In this document: piece by piece, positions 9,694 to 20,182 of the stretch
Numbering within the stretch: the stretch's first letter is position 1
How the letters are laid out: every line of letters starts with the position of its first letter
Assembly (NCBI GenBank): GCA_965602015.1
Contig: OZ271918.1
Coordinates: forward strand, 3,680,001 to 3,744,000
Reading direction: 5' to 3'
DNA length: 64,000 nucleotides
DNA from: Salinispira sp.
Lineage (GTDB): Bacteria > Spirochaetota > Spirochaetia > DSM-27196 > Salinispiraceae
Made by a program: the position numbers and the translations under genes
Notes under the pieces: model-generated
The model's database searches: none
Seen by the model: only the letters and a program-made list of their open reading frames with translations
Told to the model about the DNA's origin: nothing

Positions 9694-11202
9694 AAGATAC
9701 AACAGGGTGGATGCTTCGACGGGACGTTCGACCAGTTCGTCGAAGGGAAGGGTGCCGGGATTCTCAGGTCCGACGAGGCTGATCTGTTCGGTTATTGCAA
9801 TAATCGCGCCCCCGTCGCCTTGAGCCCTGCGATCGCCGATTGACCGCTGTTTCATTTGCCGCACAAGTTCAGCGCCTCCCAGGTTTTCATCATCAATATC
9901 AATGATCATGGCGTCGAATACGGCGAATTCCAGGCTGCTGGCCAAATCCTCGGGGTTGTCGCTGCTAACGACGATGTGCCCCTGGTCTCCCAGGTCGTTG
10001 ATGAGCGCGCTGATATCCTCAGTGTTCGCAGCGGCCACCAGAATTCTGAGCTTCGCCAGCAGTGGGGATTCGGGCATGGGAGATATTGCCAGGGCAGCCT
10101 CGCTGCTGCGGGGCAGTGCGACGGTCAGGAAGAAACTCGTTCCCATGTTTTTCGCGGTTTCGAAATACAGCTGGGCATTTATCAGTCCGGCGAGCCTCCT
10201 GGCAATGGGCAGTCCCATGCCAAACCGCCCGAGGATATTGTCGCCGCCGAGATTCCACAGGCGCCGCTGCAGTTCGGCATCGATTCCCGGACCGGTATCG
10301 CGAACTTCGACGGTAATTTCCGCCAGGTAGTCCGACAGCAAATCTTCCCGGACGATCATATCGACCTGACCCTCTGTGGTAAACTCAATGGCGTTGGTGA
10401 GCATGGTTTCAAGAATCTGCTTGAGAACCCGCTGGTCGCCGCTGTACAATCCCGGTCTGTCCATGGTGTTCCGCAGGAAAAACCCCAAATTTTTATCGGC
10501 GGCCAGCGGCGAGTAGCGGTCGGATAGATCTTCCAGCATGGCGGGAAAGGAAAAAATGACGTTCTCTGCCGCCTTACCCCCGTTTTCAAGGGCGCTGTAT
10601 TTGCCGAGATTCTCCAGCAAGCGGCGGATTTCCGCAGCGCTTTTGCTGAGGGTTGCCGACAGATTGAGGGCCGTATCGTATTTTGATAATTCTAAAGCCT
10701 CCCGGAGCAATGTGCTCAGCTTGTACATGCTGTTTGCCGGGTTTCTCAATTCTCCAGCCAATTGGGCGATAATCCGCGACTGGCGCTCCCGTTCCCGCTG
10801 AGCTTCTTCCTGCAGCATGAGGATTTCATCCCGCTCTCTCCTCCGGCCGTCGCTCAGCGAAGCGGATATCATAAAAAAATCTTCGCCGTTCGACTCGACC
10901 CTCTGCGAAAAGAGTCTGGCAAAGTGCTCCTGGCCGTCCCGGCTCCTGACCTGGATTTCCTCAGCCTCGCCCCGGCCGCTTTGCCGAACCCGGCGAAACA
11001 GTGCATCGAGGGTCTCCCTGTGGGCTTGGGAGATGAACTCCGCGAAATCCCGAAGCTTGAGCTGTTCGCCGCTGTGAAGGCCGAGGAGCGACCGGCCGGC
11101 AGCGTTGCACTCGACGAGTCTGCCGAGATTGTCCAGGAGCATGCTGGGCAGGGGGATATCTTCTATTGATATTCTGTGCGGTTCCGAGGGTTCTGTTCCC
11201 AT
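9673..11202 (-). CDS. PAS - HisKA/HATPase - REC hybrid sensor, degenerate (pseudo-kinase)
   Basis: PAS (LLDNLGRLVECNAAG), N box (QILETMLTNAIEFT), G1 DTGPGI, G2 GMGL and a REC-like tail. The H-box reads LAGELRNP, with no His. Confidence 0.85.
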   Translation of the reverse strand: MGTEPSEPHRISIEDIPLPSMLLDNLGRLVECNAAGRSLLGLHSGEQLKLRDFAEFISQAHRETLDALFRRVRQSGRGEAEEIQVRSRDGQEHFARLFSQRVESNGEDFFMISASLSDGRRRERDEILMLQEEAQRERERQSRIIAQLAGELRNPANSMYKLSTLLREALELSKYDTALNLSATLSKSAAEIRRLLENLGKYSALENGGKAAENVIFSFPAMLEDLSDRYSPLAADKNLGFFLRNTMDRPGLYSGDQRVLKQILETMLTNAIEFTTEGQVDMIVREDLLSDYLAEITVEVRDTGPGIDAELQRRLWNLGGDNILGRFGMGLPIARRLAGLINAQLYFETAKNMGTSFFLTVALPRSSEAALAISPMPESPLLAKLRILVAAANTEDISALINDLGDQGHIVVSSDNPEDLASSLEFAVFDAMIIDIDDENLGGAELVRQMKQRSIGDRRAQGDGGAIIAITEQISLVGPENPGTLPFDELVERPVEASTLLYLLSDILG

Positions 11203-11232
11203 GGTATCACCAAGTATAGCGTATAGCCGGTA

Positions 11233-11835
11233 TCAGCGTGAAACCTCCCGGATATATTCGAGAAAGGCGGGGTATTCTGTAAATACCGGATAATCCGGTT
11301 CTTCACGGGTAATCGACTCGGGGGGGCGGAAAAACGCTCCCCTGTCTGCGGTTTTTATCATGGAGAGATCGTTGTAGGAATCGCCGGCTGCCAGAACTCT
11401 GAGGTTCATTGCTTGAAAACCAATAACTGCCCGCCGCTTGCCGTCCTCCTGCCGGAGGGTGAAATCAACAATACTGCCGTCAGCGTCTATAATGAGGTCA
11501 TTGCAGAACAGGGTGGGCCAGTTGAGCTGCTTCATAAGCGGGGCTGCGAATGGTTTGAAGGTATCCGAGAGAATTACCACCTGCCGCTCGCTACGAAGAG
11601 TGTCGAGGAACTCAACGGCGCCTTCCATCGGCGACATGCCACCGATGACGCTCTGAATGTCCGATATTCCGAGCCGGTTCCGTTTGAGGATTTCTAACCG
11701 ACCGGTCATCAGCTTCCGGTAATCCGGCTCATCCCTGGTAGTGCGGCGAAGTTCTTCGATGCCCGTGCGTTCGGCGAGATTGATCCAAATTTCCGGTACC
11801 AGGACCCCTTCCAGGTCGAGACAAATCAGATCCAT
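11233..11835 (-). CDS. thrH: Bifunctional phosphoserine phosphatase/homoserine phosphotransferase ThrH
   Basis: CLDLEGVLVPEIW, TTRDEPDY, ILSDTF, LNWPTLFC, AAGDSYND. Confidence 0.95.
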   Translation of the reverse strand: MDLICLDLEGVLVPEIWINLAERTGIEELRRTTRDEPDYRKLMTGRLEILKRNRLGISDIQSVIGGMSPMEGAVEFLDTLRSERQVVILSDTFKPFAAPLMKQLNWPTLFCNDLIIDADGSIVDFTLRQEDGKRRAVIGFQAMNLRVLAAGDSYNDLSMIKTADRGAFFRPPESITREEPDYPVFTEYPAFLEYIREVSR

Positions 11836-11839
11836 TAAT

Positions 11840-12742
11840 TCACTCTCCAATACTGGCTGCGTTTTCGTGGTGAATCATAATCATAAAGATGGTGCCCGCG
11901 GCTATCAATCCCATTGAGGGGTAAAAAATCGGGGTGGGAAGCTCGCCGTACAAAAGCCAGGCCAGAATTCCCGCCCACAGGAATTGGCTGAGCTGACCGA
12001 CCCCGACGATTTGGCTGGGAATCTGCCGCATCGCCCTATTGATTAGATTATGGCCGATGATTGTGGAAACCAGAGTGAGTCCGATAACGGGAAAAACATC
12101 AACGATTCCCCTATCGCTCCACAGCTCGGCGCCCAGGGCAAGATCCGCCGTAAACGAGGTAACTCCGCCAATGAGGTATACGCCCCAGATGTAATACCAG
12201 AACGGCAGGTCTTTATTCCGGCGGGACAGTGCGAGGTAGAAGGTGAGAAACAGCATTGAAATAAACGCGAACAGATTGCCCCGGAGGTGATCGCTTCCCA
12301 GGGAGAGGTCTCCCAGGCTCAGCAGGACCGCACCGGAAATCGCCAGCGCCGTCGCCAATGCTTCCTTGGCGCCGGGTTTTTCCCCGGTGAGGAAAAATAC
12401 CGCAAGGGGCATGACCACCGGCGTCATATTGACGAACAGGGTGGCGTTGGCGGCGATGGTCAGACGAGCTCCGGTATTCCAAAAAATGAAGTGAAGGCCC
12501 AGGAGCAAACCGGGGGCAAGACTGTGCCGAATCAGATGCACAAGCATACCGGCGCCGGTAATCCCCAAGCGCCGCGACAGTTCTGTGCTTTCCCGGTAAA
12601 AAAGGGGAAACATCAATATCGATGCGAGAAAAAGCCGGTATGCCGCCAGCATTCCCGGCGCCAACTGGGACTCCACGATAAAAAATATGGAAATCGCCGC
12701 GGCAATTTGGCCGGCGAACATAAGTACAATTTCTGCAAACAC
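11840..12742 (-). CDS. DMT/EamA family transporter
   Basis: Ten hydrophobic helices in two repeats; GLLLGLHFIFW, TIIGH, GELP. Confidence 0.88.
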   Translation of the reverse strand: MFAEIVLMFAGQIAAAISIFFIVESQLAPGMLAAYRLFLASILMFPLFYRESTELSRRLGITGAGMLVHLIRHSLAPGLLLGLHFIFWNTGARLTIAANATLFVNMTPVVMPLAVFFLTGEKPGAKEALATALAISGAVLLSLGDLSLGSDHLRGNLFAFISMLFLTFYLALSRRNKDLPFWYYIWGVYLIGGVTSFTADLALGAELWSDRGIVDVFPVIGLTLVSTIIGHNLINRAMRQIPSQIVGVGQLSQFLWAGILAWLLYGELPTPIFYPSMGLIAAGTIFMIMIHHENAASIGE

Positions 12743-12782
12743 GGCAAACTATCTCATCGCTATGGGGTCGCGGTCAATGAGC

Positions 12783-13886
12783 TTATGTATTGTCTGCACC
12801 GCTCCCGTCCAAAAGCAGCTGGAGGCTGCGGGCATTCTGAACGGCTTGGCCGCGATGATGGTTGTTGAAAGCGATAAGCAGGGTCGATGAAGAGGCGGCA
12901 AGGGGCCTTAGCTCATCGGCGAATTCTTCCAACTCCTGAGGAGCATAGAGATAGTCGTAGCGGCTGACATTGGTTCCGGTCCACCAGTTCTCCCGGTTTC
13001 TTCCGTGAAAACGGATGTATACCGGGCCTGGGTCCCGGTCTCCCTCAGCGCCTCGCTTTTGTGCACGTCTGTCCCGGTCTCCCTCGGCGCCGACGGAGGC
13101 AGGCGCATGCGCAGGGCCTCGCTTTTGTGGGCGCCTGTCCTGGTCGTCGGCTTGCCGGCCGTCGGCATCCCGGTCGGTGGCTTGCCGATCGGTGCCTTGC
13201 CGGTCGCTGCCTTGCATTTCGTCGGCCTCCCGCCCGCCTTGGGTATGCCCTGTGCTCCGACGGATCATGTCGGACAGGTGACCGGGCAGGCCCGGAAGAT
13301 CGGGGCAGTCCTGGTAGACCGGGAAGAGGGAATACTCGGCCATGGCGGAGAAGACCGAGGGGCGGATCCAGTCGCCGTTTCGGAATTCCACAAAGAGGGG
13401 GCACCCGCCCGCTATTCCGAAGTCCGAACCCGGGGACCCAAGGGTTCCCCCGGGCAGGATGTCCGAGGCGATTTTGTGAAACAGCGCGGCTGCCGATGCC
13501 AGGTAGCGGCGGTTCTCCGTTTCGTAGCGGAAGCTCCAGGGAAACTGCGCGAGGATGCCCGTGAGCTTTCCCGCCGCTGCCAGGGGCGAAATGCCCGTTA
13601 GGTATGCCTTGACCTGCTGTCCGAGCGAGGGCCCTGACGGATTGGACCGCTCATGGGTTAGGCTTTGGTGGGTTTTTATGCTGAATCGAAAGTCGTCGTG
13701 GCTGCGCTTGGCCATGGAGGCGCAGAGCCCGGGCTTGGGAAGACGGTAGTAGCTGCTATTGATTTCGGTAAATGAGAAGTGCTTTTGAAATTCCCCGAGG
13801 AAGTCCCGGCTCGGGGTGCCCGGGGGATACACGGGGCCGACCCAGTCGCCGTAGGAATAGCCGGATGTGCCGATAAGGATTCCCAT
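12783..13886 (-). CDS. DUF72 family protein with an internal low-complexity insertion
   Basis: IGTSGYSY.DWVGPVYP, TEINSSYY, LAQFPWSF, VEFRN, YIRFHGRN, YDYLY, FNNH..GQAV.NA. Confidence 0.92.
   Translation of the reverse strand: MGILIGTSGYSYGDWVGPVYPPGTPSRDFLGEFQKHFSFTEINSSYYRLPKPGLCASMAKRSHDDFRFSIKTHQSLTHERSNPSGPSLGQQVKAYLTGISPLAAAGKLTGILAQFPWSFRYETENRRYLASAAALFHKIASDILPGGTLGSPGSDFGIAGGCPLFVEFRNGDWIRPSVFSAMAEYSLFPVYQDCPDLPGLPGHLSDMIRRSTGHTQGGREADEMQGSDRQGTDRQATDRDADGRQADDQDRRPQKRGPAHAPASVGAEGDRDRRAQKRGAEGDRDPGPVYIRFHGRNRENWWTGTNVSRYDYLYAPQELEEFADELRPLAASSSTLLIAFNNHHRGQAVQNARSLQLLLDGSGADNT
13032..13225. repeat. Nested direct and tandem repeats inside the DUF72 gene
   Basis: 21-nt repeat at 13032-13052 and 13071-13091 (1 mismatch); 24-nt repeat at 13051-13074 and 13117-13140; about five degenerate 15-nt units (cttgccggtcggtgg-like) at 13151-13225. 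Confidence 0.85.
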
Positions 13887-13963
13887 ACTAGCGTTCTCTT
13901 CTCTTTGATATTGTATGCAATTGCCCCATGGAATAATTATAATTAGGCAGAGAGGAGAATGTA

Positions 13964-16300
13964 ATGGCCAGAAAGGTAATGAGCATCCGCACCCGTACAA
14001 TCGTTTTTTCCGTCCTGCTCCCCGTTGTTTTGGTTTTTCTGCTGGCCGCAGTGATATTTACCCTTCAATTTAACGAATCCCTCGAGTTGGAAAAGCAAGT
14101 ACTCCTCTGGGAAGCCCGTACAGTGGCCCGGGAAGTGCAGCTTGAAGTCGCTGAAAGCTTCGAACTGCTCCGCAATATTGCGGTCAATCCCCTGGCTGTG
14201 CGGGTAGTCGGGAGAATGGCGGAGGTTCCCAACGGTCTAGATAATGACGATTACCAGGTGCTGGAAGAGTTCGAGGAATTCCGGGAACTTATGAATCTTT
14301 CGGCAATCGGTACCAATGCCCAGCTTGTATTCGCCGCAAGCACCGGGTCAACCGGGGTCATCCTTGGCCGCGATGTACAGATCGGCGAAGGCTTCGATGT
14401 GCGCGGTCGGGATTATTTTACCGGCGCCCTGGAGCAGCAGGGCACGGCATTCATCAGCCAGCCGCGGGTTTCCGCCGAACAGTCTGCCACCCCCATTATT
14501 GTGGTGACTGCCGCCCGGGCTGTAATCGGCAGCGACTTTCGGGCCAACGGCCTCATCGCTCTGAACTATCAGTTCGATCCGATATTGGCTATTTTGCGGA
14601 ACTACATGGAGACTACTGCTCTGGAGCTCTCTCTATATGACACTGTGGGCAGGAATTTTCTCTGGTTCAGATCGCCGGACGGCGAAGTATTTTTCGACCC
14701 GGCCAACCCGGTTCCCCTGAGCCGGGTTGCCGAGGAGGCGGGCGTTGTAGAAAGCGATGTTCCCGCTTTTGTAAATAATCTGGTAGTGGAAAACGAGTTC
14801 TATTTTGATGGCGTTGATCAGCGGGGTGAAACCCTGGCCCAGACTGCCCGGGTTCCCGGGACCCGCTGGTCGATTATTGCGGCTTTGCCCCGTTCCCTAG
14901 TGGCCGGCCGGGTCATTGCTTCAGTGCTGCCGCCAATAGCTATTTTTGTCGCGGCGCTGTTGCTTATGCAATTTACGGTTTTTGTGATTTATACCCGCGG
15001 CATCGTCAAGCCCCTCACTATTATCGGCGGGAATCTCGAGGCGTTAGCCCAGGCTGATGCGGATTTGACGGTGCGGGTCGATGCGAAAAACGACGATGAA
15101 ATCGGCAAGGTTGCCATGTCGTTCAACGCGTTTATAGGAAAACTCAGGGGGCTGATGATTGAGGTGAAGGACGCCATCGAGAAGACCGATTCGGTGAAGC
15201 TCAGCGTGGCATCCTCCGCGGAAGAGACGTCCACTGCTATCGAGGAGATTTCCGCCAACCTGGATTCCATCGGCAGCCAGATTGATATTCTCGACCAGAA
15301 TATCAACGAGAACGTCTCCTCAATCGAACAGGTGACCCAGAACATCGCCTCGGTGGACGAGCAGATCATCAACCAGTCGGCCATGGTCGAGGAATCGACG
15401 GCCGCAATCACTGAAATGATCGCATCCCTGGGAAGCGTAAACAAAATCGCCCAGAATAAACGGGAAACAACCATGGCCTTGGGTGAGGTGGCGAGCGAGG
15501 GGCGGGAGCGCCTCGAGGAAACCGCAAACGCCTTCAAGACCGTTGTTTCATACATCAACCAAATTCAGGAAATGGCCCTTACCATCAGCAATATTGCTTC
15601 CCAGACCAATCTGCTTTCCATGAACGCCGCCATCGAAGCGGCCCATGCAGGGGATGCAGGGCGGGGCTTCGCCGTGGTGGCTGAAGAAATTCGCAAGCTG
15701 GCGGAAACCGCCGGCTCGTCGTCCCAGACCATCACTACGCTGATAAAGGATATCACCGACTCGGTACACCAGACCGATCAGAATGTCATGCAGACCTCCG
15801 AGGCCTTCGGGCGAATCACCAAGGAAGTGCAGGATACCATTAATGCATTTTCTGAGATCGAAAGTTCGGTTTCCGAACTTAACGTAGGGGGGCAGCAAAT
15901 CCTCGATTCGTCGAATCAGATCAACGAAGTGACGGTCAATATCCGCAACGGATCCGCTGAAATCAAGCAGGGAACCGAGAGCATGCTCCAGTCTTCGACC
16001 CGCATAAAGGAAGTCTCGGACAGGGTAACGACGGGCATGGCCGAGTCGACCACCGGAACCCGGGAAATCGTCCGTTCGATGCAGCTGCTGGTTCAGACTT
16101 CCGCCGAGCTTACCCAGATAGTCAATGACCTCAAGGACAGCTTCGGGCAGTTCAAGACCGACGACGGGGATGACGCAGAATCCGGCGGATTTTCCCGGCC
16201 GGCAGAGCGTTTGGCCGGGCAGGCAATAGACGAACTCCCATCGGCGGATTCGGTATCCGACGGGTCGGAGGATTCCGCCGGGGAAGACGTGCAGAGCTAG
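13964..16300 (+). CDS. Methyl-accepting chemotaxis protein (two TM, Cache-type sensor, HAMP)
   Basis: [66 protein letters not shown] Cache motif; GAGGAG upstream. Confidence 0.96.
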   Translation: MARKVMSIRTRTIVFSVLLPVVLVFLLAAVIFTLQFNESLELEKQVLLWEARTVAREVQLEVAESFELLRNIAVNPLAVRVVGRMAEVPNGLDNDDYQVLEEFEEFRELMNLSAIGTNAQLVFAASTGSTGVILGRDVQIGEGFDVRGRDYFTGALEQQGTAFISQPRVSAEQSATPIIVVTAARAVIGSDFRANGLIALNYQFDPILAILRNYMETTALELSLYDTVGRNFLWFRSPDGEVFFDPANPVPLSRVAEEAGVVESDVPAFVNNLVVENEFYFDGVDQRGETLAQTARVPGTRWSIIAALPRSLVAGRVIASVLPPIAIFVAALLLMQFTVFVIYTRGIVKPLTIIGGNLEALAQADADLTVRVDAKNDDEIGKVAMSFNAFIGKLRGLMIEVKDAIEKTDSVKLSVASSAEETSTAIEEISANLDSIGSQIDILDQNINENVSSIEQVTQNIASVDEQIINQSAMVEESTAAITEMIASLGSVNKIAQNKRETTMALGEVASEGRERLEETANAFKTVVSYINQIQEMALTISNIASQTNLLSMNAAIEAAHAGDAGRGFAVVAEEIRKLAETAGSSSQTITTLIKDITDSVHQTDQNVMQTSEAFGRITKEVQDTINAFSEIESSVSELNVGGQQILDSSNQINEVTVNIRNGSAEIKQGTESMLQSSTRIKEVSDRVTTGMAESTTGTREIVRSMQLLVQTSAELTQIVNDLKDSFGQFKTDDGDDAESGGFSRPAERLAGQAIDELPSADSVSDGSEDSAGEDVQS

Positions 16301-16342
16301 TAAATCGTAACAATGCAATAGGATAGATGCTCGGACTTGCCC

Positions 16343-16371
16343 TTGCCAAAACCTTTTTGAATCTATAAGAT
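16343..16371 (+). promoter_or_regulatory. Putative sigma70 promoter of fusA
   Basis: TTGCCA-17-TAAGAT. Confidence 0.55.
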
Positions 16372-16526
16372 GGGCCTCCAAGTCGCTGTTCCCCTGAATT
16401 GCGGCTTGATAACATCCTTCTAACCATCCAGCGTTATTCTGCATACATCCACTGCTTTTCCGTAATTTGAAGCGAGTGAGCGGAATGTGCGGTTAACAGT
16501 TCAGGACCAGAGAGGTATTTGTCAGA

Positions 16527-18614
16527 ATGAGTAATGATATCAAGAGCATGCGCAATATCGGAATCAGCGCGCACATCGACTCCGGTAAAACCACCCTTAC
16601 AGAGCGGATTCTCTTTTACTGCGACCGTATCCATGCCATCCACGAAGTGCGGGGCAAGGACGGAGTAGGAGCCACCATGGACTCCATGGAGCTTGAAAAG
16701 GAGCGGGGAATCACCATCGCCTCTGCGGCGACCCACGTGCAGTGGAAGGATACGCCGATTAATATAATCGATACCCCGGGTCACGTTGACTTCACCATCG
16801 AAGTTGAACGCTCGCTGCGGGTCCTCGACGGAGCCATTCTGGTTCTGTCCGGTGTGGAAGGGGTTCAGTCCCAGTCAATCACCGTAGACCGCCAGATGAA
16901 GCGCTACAACGTTCCTCGCATCGCGTTCATCAACAAACTCGACCGGACCGGTGCAAATCCCTATAAGGTAAAAGATCAGCTTATCGAAAAACTGAGCCAC
17001 AATGCGGTTCTCCTGCAGATCCCCATCGGTCTTGAAGATAAGCACGTGGGCGTGGTCGACCTCATCGAAATGAAGGCGATTTACTTCGAAGGTCCCTCGG
17101 GCAACGAATTGAAGTACACCGACATCCCAGAAGAGCTTCAGGCTGAAGCCGAATCCCGGCGGGAAGAGCTTATCGATGCCGCATCGCTTTTCGACGACGA
17201 GCTGGCTGAAGCCTTCCTGGAAGGAGAAGTCTCCAACGACATGATCCGCCGGGCGGTCCGCTCGGGAACTCTGAGCATGGACATGACTCCGGTGTTTATG
17301 GGTTCTGCTTACAAGAACAAAGGCGTCCAGCCCCTTCTCGATGCAGTTACTGCTTATCTTCCCAGCCCCCTTGATATCGAGAACAAAGCTCTGGACCTGG
17401 ACAACGACGAATCGGAAGTTGTCCTCGAGTCAGATCCGGAAAAGCCCACGGTAGCCCTGGCATTCAAACTCGAAGACGGCCAGTACGGCCAGCTCACCTA
17501 TATCCGGGTGTATCAGGGAAGCGTGCGCAAGGGCTCCGAACTCTTTAACATCAGAAACAAGAAAAAATTCAAAGTCGGCCGCCTTATCAAGATGCACTCC
17601 AATCATATGGAAGACATCGAAGAAGCCAGCTCCGGGGAAATTGCGGCGCTGTTTGGCGTTGACTGCGCATCGGGAGACACCTTCTGCCAGACTGGTATGA
17701 ACTTTTCCATGACCTCAATGTTCGTTCCGGAACCGGTAATTTCCCTGGCTGTGGAGCCCGTCGATAAAAAGGCCGCAGACAATATGGCCAAGGCTCTCAA
17801 CCGCTTCACCAAGGAAGACCCCACCTTCCGAACCTTCGTCGATCCCGAGTCAAACCAGACCATCATTCAGGGTATGGGCGAACTTCACCTCGAGGTATAC
17901 ATCGAGCGAATGAAGAGGGAGTACAAGGCAGAGGTCACTACCGGCATGCCGCAGGTTGCCTATCGAGAGGCGATTTCAGCGGCAGCGGACTTTAATTACA
18001 CCCACAAGAAGCAGACCGGTGGATCAGGTCAGTTCGGCCGTGTCGCCGGAACCATCGAACCCCTTGAAGAAGGGGATTTCGAGTTTGACAACAAAATCAA
18101 GGGTGGCGTTATTCCCAATGAATACATCCCCTCCTGTGAAAAGGGCTTCAAGAAGGGTCTCGAGAAGGGAACCCAGCTTGGATTCCCCATCGTGGGGGTA
18201 AAGGTCACCATCAACGACGGCTCCACCCACCCGGTCGACTCGTCGGACAACGCCTTCCAGGCTGCGGCCCTCGGAGCATTCCGGGAAACCTTTCCCAAAC
18301 TCAAGCCCATCATCCTGGAACCGATCATGAAAGTCGTGGTCGAAGGCCCCACTGAATTCCAGGGTAATATTTTCGGAACTATCAACCAGCGCCGGGGCGT
18401 AATTGTCGCCTCAAACGAAGACGGCGCATTCACCAGCGTGGAGGCCGAAGTGCCTCTGAGCGAAATGTTCGGTTATTCGACGGTCCTCCGCTCCTCTACC
18501 CAGGGCAAGGCGGAATTTTCCATGGAATTCCTCAAGTACGGCCGGGTGCCCCAGGGCGTGGCCGAAGAATTGAAGAAAGCCTACGAAGAAAAGAAGAAAG
18601 CCGAACAGAAGTAA
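16527..18614 (+). CDS. fusA: Elongation factor G (stand-alone, outside the str operon)
   Basis: [61 protein letters not shown]. Confidence 0.98.
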   Translation: MSNDIKSMRNIGISAHIDSGKTTLTERILFYCDRIHAIHEVRGKDGVGATMDSMELEKERGITIASAATHVQWKDTPINIIDTPGHVDFTIEVERSLRVLDGAILVLSGVEGVQSQSITVDRQMKRYNVPRIAFINKLDRTGANPYKVKDQLIEKLSHNAVLLQIPIGLEDKHVGVVDLIEMKAIYFEGPSGNELKYTDIPEELQAEAESRREELIDAASLFDDELAEAFLEGEVSNDMIRRAVRSGTLSMDMTPVFMGSAYKNKGVQPLLDAVTAYLPSPLDIENKALDLDNDESEVVLESDPEKPTVALAFKLEDGQYGQLTYIRVYQGSVRKGSELFNIRNKKKFKVGRLIKMHSNHMEDIEEASSGEIAALFGVDCASGDTFCQTGMNFSMTSMFVPEPVISLAVEPVDKKAADNMAKALNRFTKEDPTFRTFVDPESNQTIIQGMGELHLEVYIERMKREYKAEVTTGMPQVAYREAISAAADFNYTHKKQTGGSGQFGRVAGTIEPLEEGDFEFDNKIKGGVIPNEYIPSCEKGFKKGLEKGTQLGFPIVGVKVTINDGSTHPVDSSDNAFQAAALGAFRETFPKLKPIILEPIMKVVVEGPTEFQGNIFGTINQRRGVIVASNEDGAFTSVEAEVPLSEMFGYSTVLRSSTQGKAEFSMEFLKYGRVPQGVAEELKKAYEEKKKAEQK

Positions 18615-18741
18615 TTCAATTTGTGGTACACTTGAAGTGTATCGACTGAACCGCAGCGCCGGGGACGGCGCTGCGCTTTCCGCCCCGGCCCCGGCACATC
18701 CACGGGTATCCCGGGCGTGATAAACACAGGGAGCTGAACCA

Positions 18742-19437
18742 ATGGTGAAAACAGAGTTGATAAAGCGGAGTCCTCTCCGGATTTTGGAGAAATCCATCCA
18801 CGGCGGCGTCGGAGAGGGGAATATCGGCATCATAGCCTCGGATCGGGGCGTGGGAAAAACCGCCTGCCTGGTGCACATTGCCACCGACAAGTTGTTTCAG
18901 GACAAGCACGTCATCCACCTGTCCTTTTCTGCAAAGACCGACCATATAATCGACTGGTACGAAATTATTTTTAGTGAAATCGCCGAGAAGCGCGAACTCG
19001 AAGGCGTTCAGGAAGTCCATGACAGTCTGATCAAAAACCGGGTAATCATGAACTTCAGCCAGCACGGGGTAAACGCCGATCAGGTAATCAGAAGTCTCAA
19101 AGCGCTTATCGCCGACGGTCACTTCGATGCTCAGGTAATTGTGGTTGACGGGTATAACTTTGAAGAAGGCGACCCGTCCACCCTCGTCGCTCTTCGGGCT
19201 TTTGCAAAAGAGCACAAGATTTCAATCTGGGCCACCGCTGATATCGATAACAATGTGGACGAGCGCGGAATCCCCGCGGTCTTGAAGCCCTACATGGATG
19301 AGGTGAACGTCCTCATCGATCTTCAGGCCAAGGAAGATCATATCGAACTGAATTTGGTGAAAGATCACGACCGCTATGTCGATGAAGATCTCCACCTGAA
19401 ACTTGAGCCCAAGACCCTGCTTATCGTCGAAGAATAA
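18742..19437 (+). CDS. RecA/KaiC-like P-loop ATPase domain protein
   Basis: GGVGEGNIGIIASDRGVGKT (Walker A), VIVVDG (Walker B). Confidence 0.8.
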   Translation: MVKTELIKRSPLRILEKSIHGGVGEGNIGIIASDRGVGKTACLVHIATDKLFQDKHVIHLSFSAKTDHIIDWYEIIFSEIAEKRELEGVQEVHDSLIKNRVIMNFSQHGVNADQVIRSLKALIADGHFDAQVIVVDGYNFEEGDPSTLVALRAFAKEHKISIWATADIDNNVDERGIPAVLKPYMDEVNVLIDLQAKEDHIELNLVKDHDRYVDEDLHLKLEPKTLLIVEE

Positions 19438-19461
19438 GCGCAAAAATAGCGAATTGCACAT

Positions 19462-19492
19462 AAGGCTGTCTCGATGTGAGACAGCCTTTTTT
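19462..19492 (+). terminator. Rho-independent terminator
   Basis: aaggctgtctc-gatgt-gagacagcctt followed by a T run. Confidence 0.85.
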
Positions 19493-19504
19493 ATATCCTC
19501 AGGT

Positions 19505-20182
19505 TTACCCGGCAGTGCTTTCAAAATACAGGCCCTTGAGGAATACCTCCAACATGGCTTCGTACGCGGGAGCAAACTCCAGGGCAAAATGCCGCAGACG
19601 GGGGTCTTCCAAAACCTTGTTGTGGACAGCGCTGCGGCTCGCCATGGGGATGAGACCGGTGACCAGGGCAAGCTGCAGGGTGGGAAAATCCCCAAGGCGG
19701 GATTCCGGGTACCAGGAAAGCCGGTTTTTTACCACTGCGGCGATTCTATTGCTAAGTTCAGCCAGGTTGAGTTTAAACGATCGCAGCAATTCCTCGCCGG
19801 CATTGTCGTCGAGGGAAAAGGACATCAGCGGAAGCAGTCTGGGCAGCCGGGGCTGAGCGCTAAAAATCCCAACCCACCAGCGGGAGAAGTTCCGAACATC
19901 TTCCTCGGGCTCGCCGTTCGTTTCTGAAGACGATGGGTGCCCATGGGTCTCAAGAGCGCTCACCCATTCTTCCAGGTCCCCTTCGAGCAGGGCGAGGAAG
20001 ATTTCCTCCTTGCTGCGGTAATAGCGGTAGAGGTTCGGCCGTGTGAACCCGGCTTTTTGGGCTATGTGCCCCATGCCGATGCTGTGATACTCCTCGCTGA
20101 GAAAGAGCTCCCCTGCGGCTTCCTGAATTGCCCGGATTCGCTCTGCTTTCTGATCGTCGCTCCGCGCCCGCTCCCAACTCAT
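19505..20182 (-). CDS. TetR/AcrR family transcriptional regulator
   Basis: RARSDDQKAERIRAI...IAQKAGFTRPNLYRYYRSKEEIFL helix-turn-helix; overlaps the SDR stop (ATGA). Confidence 0.93.
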   Translation of the reverse strand: MSWERARSDDQKAERIRAIQEAAGELFLSEEYHSIGMGHIAQKAGFTRPNLYRYYRSKEEIFLALLEGDLEEWVSALETHGHPSSSETNGEPEEDVRNFSRWWVGIFSAQPRLPRLLPLMSFSLDDNAGEELLRSFKLNLAELSNRIAAVVKNRLSWYPESRLGDFPTLQLALVTGLIPMASRSAVHNKVLEDPRLRHFALEFAPAYEAMLEVFLKGLYFESTAG

